Assembly (NCBI GenBank): GCA_003344405.1
Contig: NOWV01000242.1
Coordinates: 1 to 64,000, forward strand
DNA from: Trichoplax sp. H2
Lineage: Eukaryota
DNA: 64,000 nucleotides
Direction of reading: 5' to 3'
Of this stretch, positions 21,459 through 34,560 are shown one piece after another. The notes under the pieces are model-generated. The model was not told the DNA's origin. It was given only the letters and a program-made list of their open reading frames with translations, and searched no databases. The position numbers were made by a program, and so were the translations under genes. The number at the start of each line of letters is the position of its first letter. The stretch's first letter is position 1.

Positions 21459-24400
21459 ATGACGGAACGAGGCCCTATCGTGGATGATTTCAGCCCAGCC
21501 GCTTATTTATATAAATTATGCTTGAATTTCTTACCCGATGACAACGCAAATGGTAAGAAATACATTTCACTGCCAATCTAATTTCATTTTGAATGAATGA
21601 ACTGCACTGCACGAGTACAGCATATACATTCATTAAGCCAGGATGCAATGGATAGCATGTTGGTAGCTTCCATTTCTTAGTTGGAGTCGTAGCAGCCAAA
21701 TTAAATCTCTACAGTAGACTACTCAAATTCAATGTGGTATTGACAATTACCTCACTTTTCTCGCCGTACACATGAACGGAAGAGTAGTATCATGAAATGA
21801 TACGATCTCAATTTACTATCCTATTACAGTATCGTGACCCTCATTTGTAATGATGAAAGCGATACAAAATTGAAAAATTCAGTCCTTGCTGTAACCTAAC
21901 CGATAGTAGTATATTATTAATTTTATAGCTTTTACTGGGACTACATACAGTAGAGAACATCATGTATTATTCATACGGATTGCAAATACTAACTTGGATT
22001 GATTTGATTCTTTACTAGATGCAAACAGATTATACCAATATGTATGTCGACTTATCAGCAGGTATATCATTCTACTACCTTAGAATTTCTATTGTCAGTT
22101 TGATCATGATGTAAAATGGATACATTTATTTTCTTAACTTAATCTATCTTACTATCGTCGTCGATCTTCATGACATGGAGTGTATTGCTAGAAAATTATA
22201 AATACGTACAGTACATGTACTTTGATCGTATTAAGCTTACAGATTACATACAACAACTTGCAATGGTCAAATTGTGTCAATTGCATTTGATTTTATAACT
22301 TGACATCGATAACATATCTTATCTACAATGCTAAAATACGCGTTGTGCATGTATGATACTTAGTCGTATAGAACCTTCCGCAGTTAGTGATGAATTTCAA
22401 ATTTCAGAGAGAATCAAAAGAAAACGTAAGAAACTTTTAGTATTGATCTAACAAAGTACAAGTATAATTAAAAATACGATAACCTATTACACCACACAAC
22501 CTTTTACTGTACTTATAACTTGCCCACTGATATCCTTGGAACTTGTAGTGGTACGTAATGGTAAGGAAGCCGATGCTGCTGTATTTTCTGAATTACAGCG
22601 AAAACTATCATCCCAGGTGTGTAAAATACTATTAAAGTATAAGTAAACCATTTTGGCGAGTTTTAGTCTTATCCTAACTTCTTAGATAGAACAGTAATAT
22701 GTCTAAAATCTGTATCCGAAGTACAATATTTTTATATTAGTAATACTCTCGCTTGCATTTCTTGCAGCCGTTATTGAAAAATCGCTGGTCAATCCTTTAC
22801 TTGCTATTAAATCTCAGTAAAAGTAGTAAGCAAAATGAGGTAACGTCATTAACTCTATACCTGTTGCTATGATTGAATCTCTTGTTTCACTACGTAACGT
22901 AATCATGCTAATAATACATGATTATTGATTGAAAACACGCATTGTATCAAATGTGACAGGATGTAGTATTCCTAAGTGATGGATTGCCAGGCAATGTGCA
23001 ATCAACACCCGCTGGAATGGCAAATAGAATGATCACTCGAATAAACATGCAACAAAGTTCTGTCGATCAAACTACGACAATTTTACCGCCATCCATGGCT
23101 ACCATGTCTACTGGTAGTAGAATTAGCAGTGGTATTGGCAGCGGTAGTAACGAAACTGATAGAAGTACAATAACTAGCTTTAACGCTACCATAGACCCAA
23201 CTTTAGTTGTACCGACTCCCAGTGGCATAAGACAACCGACAGGTATATATCTTACACTTCTATCGCGTTATTTACATCTAATATATAAATATATCCGTAG
23301 TGACAAAATTTCTGGAGTTGGATATTATTTAATTTTACGACCTTTTTTTAATCAAATCTGGACTTGGTATTCTACCATACGACTAATTTAAATGGTATGC
23401 ATTCCTTAGATATTACGAACAAAAAAGTTATCAATACGTTAGTGACTTCCCGCTTGGAACATAGTAATCGGTCTAATACTGGAGCACTATCCACTAAATT
23501 AAACCAGAAATATCGTGAACATAGCAAAGTATCAGCACGTGATCCATACAATTCCGTAAATAGTAAGTATATATACGCTGCATATTACAAAATTTATTTT
23601 ATTGATCGTATTTGTCAAAATTGACGGTATTACTTTTGTATTACATAATTTCTTGACAACATATCTATCATTACTTTCCATTCTAGCTTCCTTTGAACTT
23701 TCAGAAGATATTTTGATAAGGGATTTAATATATACATTTCAAGGAATAAATGGCAAAGTTATCAAGTTAGATCAATCAGTTGATGCGTTCCGTGTTGATT
23801 TTAATGTAGGTTTTTATTCAGATCAGCCTTTTCTTACTAGATTAGAATAGTTCCGTAGCTTACTCGATAACAATACCAATTTATAGGTCGGTGTGCCAAA
23901 GCATTCAAGAGAGTTAGTTCATAAATTAGCCGAAATTGGATGGTTGTATCGAAAGATTAGAAAGTTTATTGATCAACATTCTACTGATCAAGCATATGGA
24001 TTAGTTGGCCAGGTTTATAACTCATTTTCATTCTTAAGTTTTTTATAGCCAGCAAGCAAAGTTATGAGTATAGAGCATTGATAATAAATACAATTCTATC
24101 CGATCAACACTTGCCTTTACTAAAATTTAGAGTTTTTGCACTGCACTCCAAGACGAGCTGACAGAGTTTTATCGGCTTATCGCCGTATTGGACGCTCAGG
24201 TATTCCGTGTTTCGTCCTAAACGTATCTAAGATATTGCTGTGTTACAAAATAAATGGACCAACTTTTCTTACCTCTTATATAGTATATATCAAGTTACCA
24301 GTTTCATTTACAATGTTGTTTACTTATTTGCGTACAGAGGGAACAACAGCTATCAGTTGGTCCTACGAATGCAAATTATTTGTCTTTACACCGACTCTCA

Positions 24401-27361
24401 GTTTGGACTTACGAGCCGCTGCAACGATTAACTATACTTGCATCATTAACTGATATATGTACTGGTATGTTAATGGATGAATCACTATTATCATCTTACT
24501 ACCCTGAATACGTTACGAAGAGACAGCTTTAATGACTAGATGATATTGATATTAGGTAAGAAAGGTGGTGCTTTAGCGTCGACGGTACATTCATACTATC
24601 AACATGGTAATCCATCCATTCGTAATTTAATAAAAGATGTCCTTGGGAAGGTTAGTACTAAGCTGTGTTAGTTAACTAAATTTATCCTATCGCATTCTCA
24701 AAGTCTGAAAGAATACCTTAATTTCATGACGTATTTGTTCAAATGTAGGTCGTTAAACCTTTAAATTTTATGCTACACAAGTGGATATACGACGGGCAAC
24801 TGGCTGATATACATCACGAAGTTAATATTGACCTGCATTACTAATATAACATTCATATCGATAATTGAAAAATACCGTTGTTAATATCGTTCTTGAACGA
24901 ATTATTTACTTTTTTAGTTCTTTATTTCATCGGAATCGACAGTCCAAGAGAACCGCCTATGGCGAAACAAATATGGCATTACCAAATCAATGCTGCCCTC
25001 ATTTATTGCAATAGCACTTGCAAAGAAGGTATTTTAATCACCCATCATCAATTAAGAAAAATCTGCATTTCTTAAGGCTATATATCAAATATTTACAGAT
25101 TCTATTAATTGGAAAATCTATCAACTTTATTCGTCAAGTCTGTATGGACAGGAGCGCAATATTCGGTATCAAACCTACTACAGCAGTTGCTACCAACGGA
25201 GATGAAAGTATAGCATTATCAATTTATTTTATAATTGTATAAAAGTTTATCAATTTATTGTAACAACCTGCAATTACATTATCATTTTTTCTATACCATA
25301 GGTTCTGTGCAATTAGTTTTCACTCAAAAAATAATCGGCTCGCAACTTGAAGTGATCGTTGATTCTGTTTATACAGCAACAAGCAAGCATCTATTAAAGA
25401 TATTAAATGAAAAATATAAATTTATGGATCATCTTAAAGTAAGTTGCAACCGAATTGAAAGTAGCTGCTCTTATCTTAACTTTCTGACAGAAAATTACAT
25501 GGCATGTCGTTGACAACTTGATAATAAAAATTCAGGCTCTTCGTCGTTATCTTTTGCTTGGCCAAGGCGATTTCGTAATACATTTGATGGACTCTTTGGC
25601 GTACGTTAACTTCATGATTAACTTGAATCCTTATTAATTTATTAATTGAATATAAATACCGAAATTAAAAGTTTTAACATGTGTTACTACAATTCCTACA
25701 GACCAGACTTGAATAAGCCGGCGTCGAATTTATATGTGCACAACTTGACTGGAGTCCTCGAAACAGCAATAAGAGCAACGAACGCACAATATGATGACGC
25801 AGATATTATAAAACGTTTAGATATTAGGCTACTTGAGGTTAATAAAATCAATTTAACTCTATTTGAACATACTGATCCTTAAAATGATATGAAAATTTTG
25901 CTTTCATGACGAACAGGTATCTCCAGGAGATACAGGATGGGATATCTTCAGTCTTGATTATCATGTAGATGGACCCATCAGTACTGTACGCATTTATATA
26001 TGAATGAATGATTCACCCTACTAAATTGCAGTGCCTTTTAAAGCTAAATGAATATTTTCATTTCTTTTTCGTAACAACAGGTTTTTACTGCACAATGCAT
26101 GATTAATTATTTGCGCATGTTTAACTTTCTATGGCGTTTGAAGCGAATGGAATTTGTTCTTGGAGAGACATGGCGTAACCAACTCAAATGCTTCAATATT
26201 TACAAACATTTGCCAGGTAATAAAATTTCTTATGTAAGGCTGATGCTAACCATTTTATACCTTTGTATCCTCTGAGTGTAATTGTGTTTCCTGACTAAAC
26301 TGCAACACTTTCAAAAGGAATTCTACCGTTACTACATGCAAGTAACATTTTAACAGCGGAACTAATCCATTTTATAAATCAAATGCAATATTATATTATG
26401 TTCGAAGTAAGTATCTGAATAGACTATAGGTATCCGCTTTCTTTTTTATTGCGAATGACTGATGATACAATCATTCCTAATCAGGTCCTAGAGTGCGCTT
26501 GGGACGAGTTAGTAAAAAGAGTAGAAGAAGCTAAAGACCTCGATGATGTTATCGATGCTCACGACAAATTTCAAGAAATCATTATTACTCGCTCTTTACT
26601 AGACTCGCATTCTCGGGTAAGTTACAAATATTTATTTTCAAATAAATTGTTGCTGCGCCTGTTGTCAATTTCTTGAATCTAACGTCAATAATTTTTGTTT
26701 CTTTTCATCTAATAGGACTTACAGACACAAATTAGGTCGATTTTTAATTTCATTCTTCAATTCCAAAATTTGCTAGAAAGTCTCTTTTCCGCAGCGCAAT
26801 ATGAAGTTGATTCGGAAAAGAAAATAGAGAGTGATGCAGAAAAGAGAAGCAAGCAGGTAAATCTAAATCGCCCGGAAATTGACATCATATGATTTGTAAG
26901 CTTAATAATAGCATGTACATGTATACGTAGTTAGCAGTTATTTGGAATCTTACACTTCGTTTAATTACCGAAATACCTTAGGGCCAGTGGGGAATGACTG
27001 ATACTGAAACGGAAATAGAAGAACGAAGAGTAGAGGAATTTATTTCTACCACAATCCCTACTACCTTAAAGAAATTGAATAAAATTTTGGAATCTTCAAA
27101 GGTACGGTAGTGTAGAAGATAAACGATTATTTTTGTCTGTTTTTAATCTATATTTATCTTTGTAATTTACCTTTATACGTATTGGTTTCACTCTAGGCTG
27201 CTATCCGAACCTTTTTATTATCTCTTATTTCAAAAGCTGACGTAAGCCTACGTTTTCTGTGCTTTCGTTTGGATTTTAACGAATTTTATAGAGAGCAAGA
27301 ACCAAGGCTGAAAAGCCCTTTACGACTACAGCGAAAGAAGCGCATACAATATGAATCATGA
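21459..27361 (+). CDS. TUBGCP3: Gamma-tubulin complex component 3; about 25 exons
   Basis: First exon [21 protein letters not shown]. Motifs [83 protein letters not shown] and YYIMFEVLECAW; last exon [16 protein letters not shown] ends at TGA 27359-27361. Confidence 0.95.
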
Positions 27362-28927
27362 TAGTTAAAAGTTTGCCTTACTTTGAAGATTGCTAAGGTA
27401 TACTTCCGTAATATGACAGAGATTTAACTGATTCTTCTTCCCGCTTGTAAATTATAATTACTTGCTTAATGCAGCCTTCTCACCTTCACTATAAGGAAAG
27501 GAAGGTTTATAGATACAAATAAGATTATTTTGGGCATATGAACGATTATCTTAAATCGCCTTTAATTTTAGTGTATAAGAACTACTAGCATGTTAGACTT
27601 TATTGATATTGTCATATTTCGTACTGATGTACAGTATATCAACCTTGAATTATATCATAGTACAATATTTGCTTAGTTAGCATTTCTGTTATATTTAAAC
27701 TGAAATATAAATGTACAAATGTAATTATATACGCATTTAGACTTTTTAATTTGTTAGTTATTTGTAAAATTTTACTATTTAATATCGGTATCGTCTCAAT
27801 AGGAAGTTATTTCAGCACGTTTGAAATAGCCATTTAAAATACCTTAAAGCTATGAAAGATAGGGATTTATTGAAAGACATTTTTAATTGTTTTCTTATCA
27901 TACGAGTAATGAGTTGCTGAAAAACGTAACTCATAGGCTTCTATAAGGGAGTGTTTGAGATGTTTATGTGATTTTCTAATATCAAATGAACTGAATTGGC
28001 TTAATTACTAAGTTGTAATGGGATTCGCTGTGAGCACTAGTAAAAGAATGTGAAACTTCCCATACGACCGAGTGCCTGGGTGCTGTATTGAATTATATGT
28101 GAATAGTAAAGATTTATTTACTTACATTTAATCATTAATTGCGCTGGTTATTACATGAATCCCTACGTCCTAGCTGTTAACTAACCGAAGAATCTACTTC
28201 TCTTACTTAATTTAGTCTTTTTTATGCTAAGTATACGTGTATAAGCGATAGCAATAATTTGATACTTAACGCGTATTAGTAGACTTCAAGATTTGATAGT
28301 AATTCTACTATCCTACAAATACCTCCATCCCTTTCTATTCTATCCAATACCTATGCTGATTGATAAATACTACAATAATGATATCGCACTTAAGTGCTTA
28401 AGTGCAATTCCCACAGATTCACACTGATGAACTATCCATATAAGATATCATTTCCTCACATGTTTCAAGTTTAATTAACGCCTGATTCAATGATATTCAG
28501 GTATAACATCAGAGTATTTATTAATAAGTAATCTACTATTTTCTTACAAATGTTTACAAGTTATGAACATCCAAAACTTCCAAAAATTGGCATTACATTT
28601 CATAGAAATCACGCTAACCAATCGCATTCATACAGCAAGCGATGGTTTCATGAATAAATTTTAAATAATTAATTATATTTCTCGTATAATCAGTACAATT
28701 AATAAAACCTTCCGTGGATAGTTAGATAATCTGCGTAAATTTAAGACATTTTAAAGGTATAAATTATTCAATACAGTAAAAAGTTGTCTTAATGACGATA
28801 AAATTAACGAAATCAGCATAGTCAATCAATCACTTTATGAAAATCATAGTAAAAAAAGCAGCGTGCAATTTCGTGATCAGTTTATGCCTTGTCTACAAAT
28901 TGTAAGTTTATATTTTCAAAATTCAGG

Positions 28928-31900
28928 TTAATCTCTAGGCTGTTCTAAAGGTTTATCACCATCTATAGAATATAGAAATATAATGCGCAACATGAAAAGA
29001 TTGTTAAAAGAAGAATTTATGCTAATGTAATAGAGTAATTTTTCACTTCAGTATATTAATTTTAATGTACCTGAATTAAGTAATTCTGTGTCTGCACCAT
29101 TTTTTATCAAAAATTCAACCATCTCATCCTAAAAGCAGAAATTAATTGCAATATTAAATTGGATGATAATAGTATTTCAGTTGTTTCAATGTTTACTCGA
29201 TAGTTTCAGCGATATACTATAATAGCTTTAAAGTAATCCTCTTCTATGGTAGTCGAAACAGCAACAGAAATATATTACCTGACACTCCGCATAAGCTACA
29301 TGCAAAGGTGTATTTTGAAGTAAATCAACAGCATTAATCTAATAAGAGAAATCAACATTTGAATTTTGAGATTAAATTATTTATGATTGGATAAATTTGT
29401 AATTTATTCTACAATAATAGCATACCAAAGCTCCATGCTTGATGAACAATTTAGAGACTGCAATGCAACCGTTCTCCGCTGCATGATGCAATGGAATGCC
29501 CTAGGAATCAACGATTTGAAATAAATAAGATATACACATATTCTCTCAAATTCGCTCGTTTATACTCGTAAATTAGAATTATATTCTTGTAGAATTCAGT
29601 AAAATGGATTGCACTTACTTATAGCATCATTACTATCACTATACAAGCACATCTTACAAAGAAACACTAAATCGGCGTTAGTACTTGTTCATGTTTGGAG
29701 TAGCATGCTACATACAGTAAGTAATAGAGTTGTCACAACCGAGATTGCAACACAAAAATTAACGGGATTCTTTCATCTAAAGTAGTCTTTACTATCGTAG
29801 CAACTAACTCTAAACACTCTTTAATCTATCAAACTTAGATTCGAGTCTTAGAGACGATAGAGTACTCATGTTAAGAATCAAAACTTTATTCTAATAGCTA
29901 TTTATTAAAATGACTAATAGAACTCACAACTTACAATCTACTACTAACAACTAATAACCATCTATTATAGACTAACTTATCAACTCCCACAATTAAGCAC
30001 TTGGGGGCTTTTATAGAGCCTCGCAAACTTGGTTGTTGTAAAACAATAAATTTATAGCCAAGGCTACATGCAAAATATAGCAAGAATCACAGCCACTTTC
30101 TATGACATTTAATAGCTATAGTAGTTAATTAATGGCTAAGTGTTAACATATGATTCATTACTCAACAAAATTATATCATTGATGACACAATAGTTAATTA
30201 GTTGTCACAACAGTAGATTTAAATTCATGGATACTTTTATATTACTTTTAATATGAGCAATATGAAAGATTTAAAAACTTTCCAAGTCGCGACTCTTCTT
30301 TTTAATAGAACTATCATTGACACTCTTTGTCCAAGAATTAAGCTACTTTGCAATTATTGAGCCGATTCTCATTAATTTAACATTAAATTAAATATACAAG
30401 TGATAGAGGATTAATACTTTGGTTGATGCAGCACGCATTTTATATTTGAAGTCATTTAATTGTACATTTTTTTTGCTATTTCTAAAGCTAACCTGTAATA
30501 TTTCATCTTTAACATTGGGATCCATTTTTCCAGAATCCAGTAAATATTCAGCACTCTGTAAAATTTTATTTAATGTTCAATATTGGACGATGTTTGGTTA
30601 ATACTTGTACTCAATGCAATTAGCAATATATCCAAGGATAAAGATTAGCTTTCATTTTAAGCTATTTTAGGCAAAATAAAGCTACTGAAAAATGATTACT
30701 TACTTGCACTGAGTTCCTTTCAGCTGCTAAATGAAGAATAGATTTATTCTCTAAGCCCATCATAGCATCTAATTTAATAGAATCTTTTTGGCATAGTCTT
30801 ATAACCTAGTTAATATACCATGAATACGATTAGAAATCTATTGCTCTATTCACTCATGATTGAGAAACTAATGCTATAAAAGAAATGTTTCAAATTAATT
30901 ATCTTTGTATAATAGAAATGCTAATATATATATACTATATAACTACAGTTATTACCACATCAAAAACTAGGTCTGAAGTTTAACAAATTGTTTTATATTG
31001 TCGGTCGAAATCATCATCTGTCATTCTAAAATTTGTCAACAATTTTTCTTCCTGCCGTATTTAACTAACCTCATCAATGTTGTCGTATTTAACCGCTTCC
31101 CATAAATTCCAATTATCATTTGCAAAAGAATTAGGTACTGCCATCGAAGGCGTAACAATGCTAGTATCATCTTTTATTGCATCGGTATAAATAATACTAC
31201 TGGCTTGCATGTTGGATGCAGTTTCAATATTGAGACCTCCACCGGAGATCTTTAGCTCATTTACTTTATTATTAATATCTTCACGAGTAATTTCAATAGT
31301 ACTTGGAGGTGGTAGATCACCTAGATTTATGTCTTTATTCTGGTCAGAAACGATGATAGGATAGGAATTGTTTTTCGGTGCATTTTCAATATGATCTCCA
31401 GTAATGATAACAGGACTGCTTTTAATAGTCGGTAAGGTTGATTTGGCCTCTTCGTCGTGATGACCGATTATGAAGACAGGATTGAGGTTAGGATTTTTAT
31501 TCTCTTCGCCTTTGCTTGGCTGTTGATCCATCCTTGCCCTGTTTTCATTTTCTTCCTCATTTTTTTCATTAGTTTCATCTACTAGGCTTAACTTGGATTC
31601 TGGTATTTTAACAGATTGATTATAATCTTGATTAGTATTATTGATGGAATGATTTATTTAATTCATAATTATTACAATTTTTTCTGCATAGAAAGTTTAC
31701 CTCCACCTGGATTTGTAGTAGGTTCCATGTAAGTTATGCGTGTATCTATAGAAACATCTCTGGCTATTCTTTCAGAGCTCGTTGTACTACGTTCTGCTGG
31801 CTCTTTTTCGTGATCTTCAACTTGTGGATTAGCATTAGTTTGATCATCTTCAATCCAAGTAATAACATTAGTTTGAAGAATGAAACCGAATAACCGATTA

Positions 31901-33577
31901 TTAAAGATGGATATAGTCTAAGTGACTGCTTTTAATTAAGGTTGAAGTGATGTATATATATGTGCAGTATTGATCAGCTTATTTGATCATAGGTCCGAAA
32001 TAATTTCTCATCATTCTTATTTGTACTTTTTTTACCTTCTTGTTCTTGAAGAATAATTTCCGACTTCTTCTCCTGTAGGCTATCATGTGGAAGAGAATTT
32101 TTTATGGAATGATTCGAGGTTCCATTACTAATTGGCCCATCTCGATGCTGTACCGATAAAAGTAGAAATGAATTAAGTTTTTATCTTTACGCTAGTATCT
32201 GGATAGATCAGTTACTGCTTTCTTCTATTACATTAAGATCGTTATAGAGTCGATATAAATTTTCAATTTGGAACTATCTCCAATTAAGAATTATTCATAG
32301 ATGTAAGATAGTGAAATTCGCGTAGATGTAAGTTAGTGAAATTCTAGCGCTTCGCATAGATAGCTAATAAGCTTCCTATGCTTTATTCGAAACGACTTAG
32401 CATAGAAATAAGATTTGCATAGACAAAATTTAAAGAATATAAAGCTAAAAACAGCTAGCGTGTAGACTATATTAAAAATATTTGTGTTGGCAATATTTGC
32501 GCTTTTACGGAGAAAAACAATAATTATATACTGTACTGTTAATCAAGAAACGATGAAATAGTATATAATATTTGGTTGAAATTTTAAAGACGTTTAGCTA
32601 CCGCAAAGAATTCATGATAATTTATCACGTTAGGTCAGGAGAATAAATGAAAAAAAGCCTATGAATAGATGAACTAATTTATTTCTGCTGTATTGAAGAA
32701 GAAATGATATAGTAGAATATGAGGACTGACTTTAGTCAAATATCTTGAAGCCAGGATAAAATTATCTATTCAGGTAGATTTTTTATGGGAATTTTATCGT
32801 AGATATTACAAAATATTGTAAAGGATCTTAACTTATTATTGTTAGTCATTTCAACGAATGTTAAATAAAAGCCATCCAAGCATGAATAATAGAAAAAATT
32901 AGTTAAGATCAAAACAGGATGTTTTTATAGTGTTACTAAGACAGTAATTTTAAATTGAAAGAAAGATTAAAGTCGGTCAGCAACTACAATAATATTTACG
33001 GTAATATCAAAACTTTTCATGTTGGTTAAGATCCAATAAGTCTACATGCATTGCCATGATAGAATTAAAGAAGAGTTAAAAGACTGTAATACTTGCACTC
33101 TGAGAAATAAAATTGGCCTATTAAAAGAAGTTGAAAGCCAGCTTTAATACAACTTGCTACATCTTTTATGTTGTAGCTGATGAGTGTAATACATATTAGC
33201 ATGTATCATAAAAATATAGCACAAATTAATCGATTTTAAAATGCGAACGAAGGTTCATTTAGTTGTAAAAGATCAATGGTATTATTTCAATCTATAAGGA
33301 TTAGACAAGTAAAATTTGATCCTTTACGCTTTGCCAAGTTTAAGTTTGTTTGCAAATGTTGATAAATCAACCTCAAAACTGGAGATTGCTAAATTGTATA
33401 TGTACATTTTCTGCCAGTATGAAATGCTTACGGACGAAAAAAATTTTATTTCATCCTCTTTTATGTCTTTCTTTCTTATTGTCTAGTAAATCAACTTACC
33501 AATTCTAGAGGGTCGGGAACAGTCAGTAAGTTACTTGATTTTTGAACTTCAGTACTTTTACTTGATCCACAACCCAT
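28928..33577 (-). CDS. Ankyrin-repeat protein with N-terminal MGCGSSK acylation motif and long low-complexity linker; about 10 coding exons
   Basis: Exon 33577-33500 reads MGCGSSKSTEVQK. Further in-frame exons at ~32147-32036, ~31847-31701 and ~31581-31070. Ankyrin exons read KSILHLAAERNSVQ, SAEYLLDSGKMDPNVKD, GIPLHHAAENGCIAVSKLFIKHGA, INAVDLLQNTPLHVA, MVEFLIKNGAD and GDKPLEQPRD*. A 5' UTR intron lies at ~33614-33753. Confidence 0.82.
29731..30209 (-). mobile_element. Probable solo LTR inside an ankyrin-gene intron
   Basis: 479 bp with TG...CA ends (TGTCACAAC / GTTGTCACA, 8/9 inverted match) and 5-bp flanks AGAGT / ACAGT. On the minus strand TATAAAA (30015-30009) is followed by AATAAA at 29906-29901 and 29890-29885. 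Confidence 0.55.
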
Positions 33578-34032
33578 GTTGACATTTATTGGTGTTAACG
33601 TTAATTTTCTAAGCTAGAAAAATAACCATATTGTCAACAAACAATTAAATGCAATTTTGTCTCGCTACGATAGAGATTAATGTTTGATACTGTAAATCAT
33701 GACTAATCGCCATATTGTTGGATTGTATTTGATGCTTGCATTAAAGCTCTTACCTGATGATAATCTTGGACTCTATGGATGAAGTTTTAATTGATGGATA
33801 ATATACAACGACGATTAAATTGATTTATTACAACTTCACGTTGTCATTAAATTAAAATAATCATGTCATTAACTTAAACATCAATTAATGGACAACGGCA
33901 AAATGTAACTACTGTAATAAAGTAATCTATATGTGGTCTATACGTCTTTTTTCCTTTAGGGTTCTGCCAATTCTTTGATCGCAACAGGCTATTGCTTTCT
34001 TCTCATGCAATACTCTGGCCAATAGTTCTCAA

Positions 34033-34046
34033 GTTACCATAGTAAT
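34033..34046. promoter_or_regulatory. RFX X-box-like motif GTTACCATAGTAAT upstream of the ankyrin gene
   Basis: Close match to the GTNRCC(N0-3)RGYAAC consensus, ~280 bp upstream of the 5' UTR exon donor of the minus-strand gene. Confidence 0.5.
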
Positions 34047-34072
34047 TGGATCCATCATGCAACAGGGCTGAT

Positions 34073-34560
34073 TGATCATTTCAATGCTTTTAATTTGCTA
34101 CCAATTATGTTATTCTACTATTGTTATGATAACAATACAGCTACGTTAACTATTATTAATGACATGTAAAAATAAAATTTTATCTAACATAAATGATCAT
34201 TTCAATGCTTTTAATTTGCTGCCAATTGTGATTATTCTACTATTGTTATGGTAACAATGCAACTACGTTAACTATTATTCATGACATGTAAAAATAAAAT
34301 TTTATCTAACATAAATGATCATTTCAATGCTTTTAATTTGCTGCCAATTGTGATTATTCTACTATTGTTATGGTAACAATGCAACTACGTTAACTATTAT
34401 TCATGACATGTAAAAATAAAATTTTATCTAACATAAATGATCATTTCAATGCTTTTAATTTGCTGCCAATTGTGATTATTCTACTATTGTTATGGTAACA
34501 ATGCAACTACGTTAACTATTATTCATGACATGTAAAAATAAAATTTTATCTAACATAAAT
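34073..34560. repeat. Tandem repeat, 4 x ~122 bp
   Basis: Units begin TGATCATTTCAATGCTTTTAATTTGCT at 34073, 34194, 34316 and 34438. Units 2-4 look identical; unit 1 is slightly diverged. Confidence 0.95.

Noticed and set aside
22530..22537. ATATCCTT as a U12 (AT-AC) splice donor in TUBGCP3
   Set aside because: It lies near the 3' end of an ordinary GT-AG intron (22426-22548) whose flanking exons already join in frame.
32298..32344. 2 x 25-bp direct repeat TAGATGTAAG.TAGTGAAATTC
   Set aside because: Trivial intronic slippage duplication.
34073..34560. CRISPR-like array (also 42083-42157 and 43745-45185)
   Set aside because: Units repeat over their whole length with no unique spacers, there are no cas genes, and the context is eukaryotic.
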